From Mobula hypostoma (lineage: Eukaryota): DNA of 64,000 bases. The stretch lies in NCBI RefSeq assembly GCF_963921235.1, contig NC_086097.1:92878001-92942000 (forward strand), written 5' to 3'. Within the stretch, counting starts at the first letter, position 1, and every line of letters starts with the position of its first letter. Shown in pieces: positions 24,691-37,500 of this stretch. The notes under the pieces were generated by a model, which had not been told where the DNA came from, ran no database searches, and saw only the letters and a list, made by a program, of their open reading frames with translations. The position numbers and the translations under genes were made by a program.

Positions 24691-26029
24691 ATAGGGGATT
24701 CCAAATAAATGGTGCAGTTCAGGGAAATTTCATGCTGACTTTCATGATCAGCAGCCCAAAATCCAAAAGGTACACCCAAAAGTATTCAGGAATCTAAATC
24801 TTTGTTGTCTGGCGTTTTCAGTGCCCAGCTAGGTACACCATCAAAGCCTGACGCTTTGCAAAGTCTCACCCGCTTGAAAGATACTCCGAGACGGTGATCA
24901 TAGGGGAATCAGACGCTGCAGAGATTCACACTTGTGTAGTTTCATTCTGCCTTTCAAATCATGTATAAAATATGTTGAGCTCGTCTGGGAGTGAAACATC
25001 ACAGCCTTTCGTGGTGTTAAGTTTTGATTTGCAGGAAGTAATGGCCTGAAAATCCTGCCAGAGCTGATGTGTATCTGATTCCATCTCTAACCTCCATCGG
25101 AATTGTTTTATTGTTCTTAAAATAGCCTTCCATGGGTCATAGCTGGACGACTTGTATAGTTCTGGATCTCCAGTCTTGACTGCCGCAGATCCAGTCCTCA
25201 GCAGACTATGAATCTTCACGTTCATCCATCGCTTTTTGTTTTGGTATGTCCATTATGTTCTCAAAGGCACACGCTGAACCATACAGGTCTTGATGAAGTT
25301 GGTAACAATTGTGGTGCATTCATTCAGATTTGAGGATGAGTCCCTGAATACTGATTCACAGCAATCCTGTAAATGCTGTTCCACCTCCCTTGACCATATC
25401 TTTTTGGGTCTCACCACTGTTGCTGCGGTCCTTAGACTCTGCGGGAGCAGAAGAACAGCTGGGTCATCAGACTTTCCAAGTTGCAAGCATGGGATGTCAC
25501 AGTAAGCACTCTTGATGGTGGTATAATAGTGGTCAAGTGTTTCAGCTCCTCTGGTTCCACAGGTGATATATTGTTCAGAGACTTCTTCAAGCTGACCTGG
25601 GTGAAATCCCCCACAATGATAGGGAAGGCAACAGGGTGCACAGTTTCATAGCTGCTGATCACAGTGCTAGTCTGACATTGGCGGAAGTGGAATGTAGAGT
25701 GCTACCAGGTAGACTTGGACCACTGTCTCAGCAGATAAAACAGACAACACTTGACTGCTAGATGTTCCAGGTCAGGTGGGCAGAACTGAATCTTTGCACC
25801 ACAACTTAGTTGTCCTATCTTTGTGGAGAATAATGAAACCATCGGGTTGCAGCATTGCATCTGAAATAGTAGGGGATAACCATGTTTCAGTGAAGCAAAG
25901 CACACAGCAGTCCGTGATGTCACTCTGGTTTCACAATCTTGCTCTGAGGTCTTCAGTTTTATTTTCCAGAGACAGTACATTTGCCAGCAGGATAATGGGA
26001 ACTGTACTCATCATTAATATGCATGTTAC

Positions 26030-26510
26030 CCCGTAACAAGGGATTGTGACTGAACCGACAGGGAGAAGTTTCCTGTAATGAAGGATTGTAACTGAACCGA
26101 TCAGGAGAAGTTCCCTGTAGTGAGGGATTGTAACTGAACCAATGGGGAGAAGTTCCCTGTAATGAGGGATTGTAACTGAACCAATCAGGAGAAACTCCCT
26201 GTAATGAGGGATTGTAACTGAACCGACGGGGAGAAGTTCCCTGTAATGAGGGATTGTAACAGAACCGATGGGGAGAAGTTCTCTGTAATGAGGGATTGTG
26301 ACTGAACTGAGCGGGAGAGGTTCCCTGTAATGAGGGATTGTAACTGAACTGATGGGGAGAAGTTCGTTGTAATGAGGGATTGTAACTGAACCGATGGGGA
26401 GAAGTTCGCTGTAATGAGGGATTGTAACTGAACCGATGGGGAGAAGTTTCCTGTAATGAGGGATTGTACTATCACTAAGGGGCAGATTACCCTGTAATGA
26501 AGGATTATCC
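26030..26510. repeat. 42-bp minisatellite, about 11 copies
   Basis: Unit TGAGGGATTGTAACTGAACCGATGGGGAGAAGTTCCCTGTAA; reads as the 14-aa repeat IGSVTIPHYRELLP on the minus strand. Confidence 0.95.
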
Positions 26511-26767
26511 TCTTCACTAGGTGACACATTACCAAGTATTGAGATGTCACTGGGAGTGGATTGACTCAGATATTCCCCTCATTAGGGTCCCCAGTACTCA
26601 GTATCATGGGCATGTGTCCCTTCACTGCAAGGCCTGCTCCCAAGTGAAGAAAGGAAATGCCTTTACTGGCAAGCCCGTGACTCAGTAATGAGGAAACAGG
26701 CCCTTACAGGAAAGAGATAAAAGAGCTTGGAGGCATGGTCTGATTACAACAGCCTTTCCCTCAATGT

Positions 26768-26865
26768 AAGCAACACAGAAATGCTGGAGGAAATCAGCAG
26801 GTCAGGCAGCCTCGATGAGGGGAAATGAACAGTCAACATTTTGGCTGGGGCTCTCCATCAGGAAC
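26768..26865 (-). mobile_element. Old PLE pLTR fragment with degenerate hammerhead
   Basis: Minus strand TTCCTGATGGAGAGCCCCAGCCAAAATGTTGACTG: both core boxes mutated. Confidence 0.65.
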
Positions 26866-27049
26866 AAAGTTTTTCACTGTAACTCATCCATGTGACAATA
26901 ATAACCAAATTTAACAATTTCAGCCAAGTGTCCTTTAACAAATGAGGAGAATCTTTCAATGGGGGGGGGGCATTGACTGGGTTGTGGTGGGATCTGCTCT
27001 AAACTTGGAAGCTCATTTTCCAACAATGATGCAATGAGTCTCTCACTTG

Positions 27050-30000
27050 GGAGCCCATCACCAGTAACGTTCACTGGGGGGACAATCACCAGTAACTTTC
27101 ACTGGAGAGCCCATCACCAGTAACTTTCACTGGAGAGCCCATCACCAGTAACATTCACTGGAAGATCCATCACCAACCAGTACCTGTCACTGGAGGTTCG
27201 ATCACCAATAACTTTCACTGGAGGATTGATCACCAGTAACTTTCACTGGGGGGCCATCACCAGTAACATTCACTGGAGGATCCATCACCAAACAGTAACA
27301 TTCACTGGAGGATCCATCACCAGTAACATTCACTGGTGGATCCATCACCAGTAACTTTCACTGGTGGACCCATCACCAGTAACGTTCACTGGAGACCCAT
27401 CACCAGTAACGTTCACTGGTGGGCCCATCAGCAGTAACATTCACTGGAGACCATCACCAGTAATGTTCACTGGTGGGCCCATCAGCAGTAACATTCACTG
27501 GAGACCATCACCAGTAACTTTCACTGGTGGACCCATCACCAGTAACGTTCACTGGAGACCATCACCAGTAACGTTCACTGGTGGGCCCATCAGCAGTAAC
27601 ATTCACTGGAGACCATCACCAGTAACGTTCACTGGAGGACCCATCACCAGTAACGTTCACTGGAGACCCATCACCAGTAACATTCACTGGAGAGCCCATC
27701 ACCAGTAACTTTCACTGGTGGACCCATCACCAGTAACGTTCACTGGAGACCCATCACCAGTAACGTTCACTGGTGGGCCCATCAGCAGTAACATTCACTG
27801 GAGACCATCACCAGTAACGTTCACTGGAGGACCCATCACCAGTAACATTCACTGGAGACCATCACCAGTAACGTTCACTGGAGGACCCATCACCAGTAAC
27901 GTTCACTGGAGACCCATCACCAGTAACGTTCACTGGAGGACCCATCACCAGTAACGTTCACTGGAGACCATCACCAGTAACGTTCACTGGAGACCCATCA
28001 CCAGTAACGTTCACTGGAGACCATCACCAGTAACGTTCACTGGTGGGCCCATCACCAGTAACATTCACTGGAGACCATCACCAGTAACGTTCACTGGAGA
28101 CCATCACCAGTAACGTTCACTGGAGACCATCACCAGTAACGTTCACTGGAGACCATCACCAGTAACGTTCACTGGAGACCATCACCAGTAACGTTCACTG
28201 GTGGGCCCATCACCAGTAACATTCACTGGAGACCATCACCAGTAACGTTCACTGGAGGACCCATCACCAGTAACGTTCACTGGAGACCATCACCAGTAAC
28301 GTTCACTGGAGGACCCATCACCAAACAGTAACATTCACTGGAGGATCCATCACCAGTAACATTCACTGGTGGATCCATCACCAGTAACTTTCACTGGTGG
28401 ACCCATCACCAGTAACATTCACTGGTGGGCCCATCACCAGTAACTTTCACTGGTGGGCCCATCAGCAGTAACATTCACTGGAGACCATCACCAGTAACGT
28501 TCACTGGTGGGCCCATCAGCAGTAACATTCACTGGAGACCATCACCAGTAACATTCACTGGAGAGCCCATCACCAGTAACTTTCACTGGTGGACCCATCA
28601 CCAGTAACGTTCACTGGAGACCCATCACCAGTAACGTTCACTGGTGGGCCCATCAGCAGTAACATTCACTGGAGACCATCACCAGTAACGTTCACTGGAG
28701 GACCCATCACCAGTAACATTCACTGGAGACCATCACCAGTAACGTTCACTGGAGAACCCATCACCAGTAACGTTCACTGGAGACCCATCACCAGTAACGT
28801 TCACTGGAGGACCCATCACCAGTAACGTTCACTGGAGACCATCACCAGTAACGTTCACTGGAGACCCATCACCAGTAACGTTCACTGGAGGACCCATCAC
28901 CAGTAACGTTCACTGGAGACCATCACCAGTAACGTTCACTGGTGGGCCCATCACCAGTAACATTCACTGGAGACCATCACCAGTAACGTTCACTGGAGGA
29001 CCCATCACCAGTAACGTTCACTGGAGACCATCACCAGTAACGTTCACTGGAGGACCCATCACCAAACAGTAACATTCACTGGAGGATCCATCACCAGTAA
29101 CATTCACTGGTGGATCCATCACCAGTAACTTTCACTGGTGGACCCATCACCAGTAACATTCACTGGTGGGCCCATCACCAGTAACTTTCACTGGTGGGCC
29201 CATCAGCAGTAACATTCACTGGAGACCATCACCAGTAACGTTCACTGGTGGGCCCATCAGCAGTAACATTCACTGGAGACCATCACCAGTAACATTCACT
29301 GGTGGGCCCATCACCAGTAACTTTCACTGGTGGGCCCATCACCAGTAACATTCACTGGTGGGCCCATCACCAGTAACTTTCACTGCTGGGCCCATCAGCA
29401 GTAACATTCACTGGAGACCATCACCAGTAACGTTCACTGGAGGACCCATCACCAGTAACGTTCACTGGAGACCATCACCAGTAACTTTCACTGGTGGGCC
29501 CATCAGCAGTAACATTCACTGGAGACCATCACCAGTAACGTTCACTGGTGGGCCCATCACCAGTAACATTCACTGGAGACCATCACCAGTAACGTTCACT
29601 GGAGACCATCACCAGTAACGTTCACTGGAGACCCATCACCAGTAACGTTCACTGGTGGGCCCATCACCAGTAACTTTCACTGGTGGGCCCATCACCAGTA
29701 ACGTTCACTGGAGGACCCATCACCAGTAACGTTCACTGGAGACCATCACCAGTAACGTTCACTGGAGACCATCACCAGTAACATTCACTGGAGACCATCA
29801 CCAGTAACATTCACTGGAGACCATCACCAGTAACATTCACTGGAGACCATCACCAGTAACGTTCACTGGAGACCATCACCAGTAACTTTCACTGGAGACC
29901 ATCACCAGTAACATTCACTGGAGACCATCACCAGTAACGTTCACTGGAGACCATCACCAGTAACTTTCACTGGTGGGCCCATCAGCAGTAACATTCACTG

Positions 30001-33000
30001 GAGACCATCACCAGTAACGTTCACTGGAGGACCCATCACCAGTAACGTTCACTGGTGGGCCCATCACCAGTAACGTTCACTGGAGGACCCATCACCAGTA
30101 ACGTTCACTGGAGGACCCATCACCAGTAACTTTCACTGGAGACCCATCACCAGTAACATTCACTGGAGACCATCACCAGTAACGTTCACTGGAGACCATC
30201 ACCAGTAACGTTCACTGGTGGGCCCATCACCAGTAACTTTCACTGGTGGGCCCATCAGCAGTAACATTCACTGGAGACCATCACCAGTAACGTTCACTGG
30301 AGGACCCATCACCAGTAACGTTCACTGGAGACCATCACCAGTAACGTTCACTGGAGACCATCACCAGTAACGTTCACTGGTGGGCCCATCACCAGTAACT
30401 TTCACTGGTGGGCCCATCACCAGTAACGTTCACTGGTGGGCCCATCACCAGTAACGTTCACTGGTGGGCCATCACCAGTAACGTTCACTGGAGACCATCA
30501 CCAGTAACGTTCACTGGAGGACCCATCACCAGTAACGTTCACTGGAGGACCCATCACCAGTAACGTTCACTGGTGGGCCCATCACCAGTAACTTTCACTG
30601 GTGGGCCCATCACCAGTAACTTTCACTGGTGGGCCCATCACCAGTAACTTTCACTGGTGGGCCCATCAGCAGTAACATTCACTGGAGACCATCACCAGTA
30701 ACGTTCACTAGTGGGCCCATCACCAGTAACGTTCACTGGAGACCCATCACCAGTAACGTTCACTGGAGGACCCATCACCAGTAACGTTCACTGGAGACCA
30801 TCACCAGTAACTTTCACTGGAAACCATCACCAGTAACGTTCACTGGAGACCATCACCAGTAACGTTCACTGGAGGACCCATCACCAGTAACGTTCACTGG
30901 AGACCATCACCAGTAACGTTCACTGGTGGGCCCATCACCAGTAACGTTCACTGGAGACCATCACCAGTAACGTTCACTGGTGGGCCCATCACCAGTAACG
31001 TTCACTGGAGACCATCACCAGTAACGTTCACTGGAGACCCATCACCAGTAACGTTCACTGGAGGACCCATCACCAGTAACGTTCACTGGAGACCATCACC
31101 AGTAACTTTCACTGGAGGACCCATCACCAGTAACTTTCACTGGAGGACCCATCACCAGTAACGTTCACTGGAGACCATCACCAGTAACGTTCACTGGAGA
31201 CCATCACCAGTAACGTTCACTGGAGACCATCACCAGTAACGTTCACTGGTGGGCCCATCACCAGTAACGTTCACTGGAGACCATCACCAGTAACGTTCAC
31301 TGGAGACCCATCACCAGTAACGTTCACTGGTGGGCCCATCACCAGTAACGTTCACTGGAGACCATCACCAGTAACGTTCACTGGAGGACCCATCACCAGT
31401 AACGTTCACTGGAGGACCCATCACCAGTAACGTTCACTGGTGGGCCCATCACCAGTAACGTTCACTGGAGACCATCACCAGTAACGTTCACTGGAGACCA
31501 TCACCAGTAACGTTCACTGGAGGACCCATCACCAGTAACGTTCACTGGTGGGCCCATCACCAGTAACTTTCACTGGTGGGCCCATCAGCAGTAACATTCA
31601 CTGGAGACCATCACCAGTAACGTTCACTGGAGACCATCACCAGTAACGTTCACTGGAGACCATCACCAGTAACGTTCACTGGAGGACCCATCACCAGTAA
31701 CGTTCACTGGAGACCCATCACCAGTAACTTTCACTGGAGACCCATCACCAGTAACTTTCACTGGAGACCCATCACCAGTAACATTCACTGGAGACCCATC
31801 ACCAGTAACGTTCACTGGAGACCATCACCAGTAACGTTCACTGGAGACCATCACCAGTAACGTTCACTGGAGGACCCATCACCAGTAACATTCACTGGAG
31901 ACCCATCACCAGTAACGTTCACTGGAGGACCCATCACCAGTAACGTTCACTGGAGACCATCACCAGTAACGTTCACTGGAGACCCATCACCAGTAACTTT
32001 CACTGGAGACCATCACCAGTAACGTTCACTGGAGACCATCACCAGTAACGTTCACTGGAGGACCCATCACCAGTAACGTTCACTGGAGACCATCACCAGT
32101 AACGTTCACTGGTGGGCCCATCACCAGTAACGTTCACTGGAGACCATCACCAGTAACGTTCACTGGTGGGCCCATCACCAGTAACGTTCACTGGAGACCA
32201 TCACCAGTAACGTTCACTGGAGACCCATCACCAGTAACGTTCACTGGAGGACCCATCACCAGTAACGTTCACTGGAGACCATCACCAGTAACTTTCACTG
32301 GAGGACCCATCACCAGTAACGTTCACTGGAGGACCCATCACCAGTAACGTTCACTGGAGACCATCACCAGTAACGTTCACTGGTGGGCCCATCACCAGTA
32401 ACGTTCACTGGAGACCATCACCAGTAACGTTCACTGGAGACCCATCACCAGTAACGTTCACTGGTGGGCCCATCACCAGTAACGTTCACTGGAGACCATC
32501 ACCAGTAACGTTCACTGGAGGACCCATCACCAGTAACGTTCACTGGAGGACCCATCACCAGTAACTTTCACTGGTGTGCCCATCACCAGTAACTTTCACT
32601 GGTGGGCCCATCACCAGTAACTTTCACTGGTGGGCCCATCAGCAGTAACATTCACTGGAGACCATCACCAGTAACGTTCACTGGAGACCATCACCAGTAA
32701 CGTTCACTGGAGGACCCATCACCAGTAACGTTCACTGGTGGGCCCATCACCAGTAACTTTCACTGGTGGGCCCATCAGCAGTAACATTCACTGGAGACCA
32801 TCACCAGTAACGTTCACTGGAGGACCCATCACCAGTAACGTTCACTGGAGGACCCATCACCAGTAACGTTCACTGGAGACCCATCACCAGTAACTTTCAC
32901 TGGAGACCCATCACCAGTAACTTTCACTGGAGACCCATCACCAGTAACATTCACTGGAGACCCATCACCAGTAACGTTCACTGGAGACCATCACCAGTAA

Positions 33001-33657
33001 CGTTCACTGGAGACCATCACCAGTAATGTTCACTGGAGGACCCATCACCAGTAACGTTCACTGGAGGACCCATCACCAGTAACGTTCACTGGAGACCATC
33101 ACCAGTAACTTTCACTGGAGACCCATCACCAGTAACTTTCACTGGAGACCATCACCAGTAACGTTCACTGGAGACCATCACCAGTAACGTTCACTGGAGA
33201 CCATCAGCAGTAACGTTCACTGGAGACCCATCACCAGTAACTTTCACTGGAGACCCATCACCAGTAACTTTCACTGGAGACCATCACCAGTAACGTTCAC
33301 TGGAGACCATCAGCAGTAACGTTCACTGGAGACCATCACCAGTAACGTTCACTGGAGACCATCAGCAGTAACGTTCACTGGAGACCATCACCAGTAACGT
33401 TCACTGGAGGACCCATCACCAGTAACGTTCACTGGAGGACCCATCACCAGTAACGTTCACTGGAGGACCCATCACCAGTAACTTTCACTGGAGACCATCA
33501 CCAGTAACGTTCACTGGAGACCCATCACCAGTAACGTTCACTGGAGACCATCACCAGTAACGTTCACTGGAGACCATCACCAGTAACATTCACTGGAGAC
33601 CATCACCAGTAACGTTCACTGGAGACCTATCAGCAGTAACGTTCACTGGAGACCCAT
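27050..33657. repeat. 6.6-kb tandem array of 26-28-bp near-palindromic monomers (roughly 245 units from length/27)
   Basis: 23-nt core CCATCACCAGTAAC[G/A/T]TTCACTGG plus linker AGA, AGAC, AGGAC, TGGGC or rarer variants; degenerate left edge. Confidence 0.98.
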
Positions 33658-34102
33658 AAGTTAGTGGACTGTGCCCTTCAGTAGAGGGTATATTACCCAC
33701 TCCTGATCAGATGAGTCCGTCACATGGGATTATTACACAATAATGAAACATTGTATTCCTCATTAGGGCCATCACCAGTGGAGAGCGCACGTCCGTCTTA
33801 CTAACACAGTCTTCACCCATTACAAAGGGTTGAGACTTCATGAGGATGAATTTTACCCACTAATGGAGTGACATGCCTTTTGTTAGGGGCTCATTTATCA
33901 GTGAGGGCTTGACTCCATCTCACAGCAGGACTAAACTTCCCACCATTCCTGACCAAGAAAATCAAGAAAGTCAGACTTGAATTTCAGTTTTATTCATGCA
34001 AGCAATATGGGTTTTGTGGGTTGAGCCAGATGCTATTTGCCCTTGAGACGATGGTGGCAAGCTGCCATCTTGAACCACTGCAGCCAGTGATGCGTGAGGT
34101 GT

Positions 34103-34355
34103 GGGGGCAGCGCAATAGCATAGAAGTTAGCGTAATTGTGGCCCCATGGGTTTCTCCAGGAGATTCCATTTGCTCCTATATTGCAAAGATGTACGGTCAG
34201 GTTTACGGAGTTGTGGGCATGCTATGTTGTTGCCTGAAGTCTGCAACACCATCCAGCTGCCCCCAGGACACAGCAAAAAAACAACAATGATTTTCCAAAC
34301 AACACATTTCATTGTATGTTTTGATGTTTCAATGTACATGTGACAAATAAAGTTA
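34103..34355 (+). mobile_element. Decayed V-SINE-like fragment with Rex-like tail
   Basis: GGGCAGCGCAATAGCATAG head, TGGGTTTCTCCAGG..CAAAGATGTAC body, CATGTGACAAATAAAG tail. Confidence 0.5.
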
Positions 34356-34500
34356 ATCTTTAGCCTTTACCCACAATGCTGTTAGGGAGGGAGGAACACG
34401 CTGGAGAGTATTGTAAAAACTTGAAATAACCATGAAGAGCTTCAGACAGAATTTCATAGCCTCATCACCTGCATCTGGGAAAGGGAGGACCCTGGAGAGA

Positions 34501-37500
34501 TCATCATCATCAGGTGCCGTGCCCAGTTTGAGCTTTGACTGCCATGGCCCACACATTCCTGTTTCGGGTCAAGTGGATCAATTCATTGGTATTCATTTCC
34601 AGTTCTCTGGCTGCTGTCTGCAACATCATTTGTCTTTGTCTTCCTCTTGCTTTCTTCCCTTCAATCTTTCCCATAATTACCGTGCATTCTAACTCCTCTT
34701 TCCTAATCACATGTCCAATGAAGTTACGTTGCCTTTTCATGATCTCATACATTATTTCTCTTTTTGTGTTTGCTCTGTTCATGACATCCTCATTAGATAT
34801 TCGTTTCATCCATGATATTCTTTGCATCCTCCTCAAAAACCACATCTCTGCTGCTTCAATTCATTTCCTCATGTTACTAGATATTCTCCAACATTCTGAG
34901 CCATATAACATCACTGGATAAACGTAACATTTCAGTACTCTGAGGCGGGTTGTCGTGCCTAGTGTAGTATTGGTCAGTATACTCTTCATTCTCGTAAAGG
35001 TGTCTTTTGCCATCCCTATTCTTCTTTTGATGTCCATGTCACACCTGCCATCTGATGTCACCCAGCTTCCTTTTTTTCGGCGTGTGTCTGCGTGTGCGTG
35101 TGCGTGTGCGTGTGCGTGTGCGTGCATGCGTCCGTGATGTCTTTCTCATGGCTTTTTACAAGGTGCAGAGCGAAAGAGAGACTCTTCCACTCCTCACACA
35201 GACATTTTCGCAGTATTTTCCCCTTTGTTTTACAAGGTCGAGTTGCGATCTCAACATTCAACCGGGCACGGATGGAAAGCGTACTCGGACCCTACTGGTT
35301 TTGAGCCCGGGAACTTCTGCTCCCGGGTCCGGCGCCGATGTCATTGCGCCACCAGCGGACCCATCACCCAGCTTCCTAAGTAGCAAAAGCTCTGTACTTG
35401 TTTTATGTCTTCCCCGTTTATTCTCAGCCTGCAGATAGGATTCTCCTTCTTTTTGGATATCACCATACATTCTGTCTTTTTGCAGTTGATAGATAGACCC
35501 ATTTTTGCACTTTCTTCAACAACTATATCAATTAAGTTTTGTAGTTCTTCCTCCGTACTTGCAATTAACAGTGTCATCTACATATCTGAAATTATTGGTA
35601 TTTTCACCACCAATTTTGATTCCAAAGATGTCTCTTATTTTTTTGTAATATTGTTTCACTGTACACATTAAACAAATCAGGGGAGAAAACACACCCTTGT
35701 CTAACGCCTCGCTTGATTTTCGTAAACTGACTCACTTCTCCATCTATTCTTACAGCGGCAGTTTGTTCCCAGTACAGATTTCTGATTAGGCGGAGGTCTT
35801 TTGAATCTGATCTAGAGTTTCCTGTAATATTTCAAATAACTTATTGTGCTTCACTTTATCAAATGCTTTTGTGTGGTCGATAAAACAAACAAACAAATCT
35901 CTTTGCACTTGAATAGCTCGTTCTGATGGTATCCTTAACATCAGTATCATGTTTCTTGTACCTTTGTCTTTCACAAAACCGCATTGTTCTTCACCTATTG
36001 CAGCTTGTATCTTACTTTTAGCTTTTGTCATCAAAATTCTTAGAAGTATCTTGGTGATATAACTCATTAAACTTATGGTCCTATGTAATTCACATTCTAT
36101 TGCTCCAGGTTTCCTAGGTAGAGTGATAAATACTGATTTTTTCATCTCTTCTGGTATTATCCCACTCTCATAAATGTCATTGATTAAATCAGTAAGTTTT
36201 TCAATTCCATAATCTTTAAGGGTGATAATTTGTTCCGTTACTAATTCATCAGGACCTGCTGCCTTTCCTTTCTTCATCTTATTTATTGCATTACGAACTT
36301 CAGATTTTAAAATACTTGGACCTTCAATGTTCTTCTTAATTTCTGGTTTATCGCTTCAATCGTCTTCAAACAATTCCTGAATATACTCAGTCCATCTATT
36401 CATAATCTCATCTTTTTCCATGATAATGGTACCGTCCTTTGCTTTCAAACATCCACCTGAAGAACAGAGGAGCTTTTTACCAGTGATATTCTTGATTTGT
36501 TGATGTAACCTTTTTGGATCAGTAATAGGGATTCTTTCTATTTGCTCACATTCCTGGTTTAACCATTCTTCTTTGGCTTTTTGACATAAGCTTTCAACTT
36601 TTTTATCTGTCTTATATTCTACAGGATTTGCTTCCTTCCGTCTCCTTTCTTCCATCAGATTTTTGATTTCATCTGTCATCTATTTATTCTTTGTGCTTTT
36701 TTTCTTTTTTAGGAACCACTGACTTTGCTGATTCTACCAAGGCATCCTTTAGAGAGTTAAACTTCGTTTCTACATGATTGCTATCATCTTCAACAGATTC
36801 TATTTCTAGACTTTGAAATCTATTCCTTACTTCAATTGTAAATTTTTGTCTTAAGTTTTCTTCTTTAATTAATTGCAAGTAGTCAAGGGACTGTTCAAGT
36901 TTTTGCTTCTTTAGTTTTTTAAGTTTTACTTTTACATGACATACTACTGGGTTATGGTCACTATTACAGTCTGCACCTGGATATGTTTTGCATTGAGTCA
37001 CTGAGTTTCTAAATCTTTGGTTTATAATAATAAAGTCAATTTGATTTCTAGTGTTATCACCTGGACTTTTCCAGGTCCACAAGCGTCTTGGATGGTTTTT
37101 AAAGTGGGTATCCATAATGTCCTGATTATTCATCTTGCACCATTCTACCCATTTCTCACCTCTTTCATTTCTTTCCCCCAGTCCAAATTTTCCTATGGTG
37201 TTTCCATCAGCACCTTGTCCTACTTTAACATTTAGATCTCTCATGACAATAGGAATATCTTGAGACTTGCATCCATTCTTTGCTTGTTCAAGCTCTTCAT
37301 AGAATTTATCTATATCCTCATTTGTTCCATCTGTCGTTGGTGCTTATACCTGTATAATTGCTGAATCAAATGGTTGTCCTCTGAATCTAACAAGGAGCAC
37401 TCTTTCTGATATTGCCCAATGTCCTAAAACACTTTTTGCCATGTTTTCATCCATAAGAATTCCTACTCCATTAGTATGGGATGTTCCACAAGAATAAATT

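Larger units (their letters stand above)
22900..24814 (-). mobile_element. Decayed, internally deleted DNA transposon, Chapaev (CMC-Chapaev-3)-like
   Basis: FIDSS..LKAVLLHN, WNICGDLRV..LGYTRYCCFICEWNS, LQYLRQMFP..DAKFKQGILVGPQIKQII recalled as Chapaev3-type motifs; terminal-like AAGTATTCAGGAA..AATCTTTGTTGTC at ~24780-24810; family assigned from memory. Confidence 0.65.
21481..26010 (-). mobile_element. Near full-length decayed Rex1/Babar LINE split by nested insertions (pieces ~21481-22890 and ~24820-26010)
   Basis: Endonuclease start IILLANVLSLENK, IIVGDF, LPDELNIFY; RT QFAHQYNRSTADAI, LSPLLYSL; LYFIRSLRRF; TCAGAATCAGAATCAG tail at 21482. Confidence 0.88.

Noticed and set aside
27364..29618. 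ORFs with PSPVTFTGG repeats as a mucin-like protein
   Set aside because: Units of 26, 27 and 28 bp shift frame constantly and TAA lies in every monomer; these are artefacts of the satellite
27050..33657. CRISPR array (palindromic ~23-nt repeats with variable intervening sequence, near a reverse transcriptase)
   Set aside because: Intervening pieces are 3-5 nt from a handful of recurring variants, not unique 25-45-nt spacers; no cas genes; vertebrate context; the nearby RT is an ordinary RTE LINE
27050..33657. Monomer loosely resembles C2H2 zinc-finger linker codons (HQRVHTGERPFT)
   Set aside because: The match needs several indels in 27 bp, there are no Cys codons or 84-bp period, and the local degenerate tract is a simpler source
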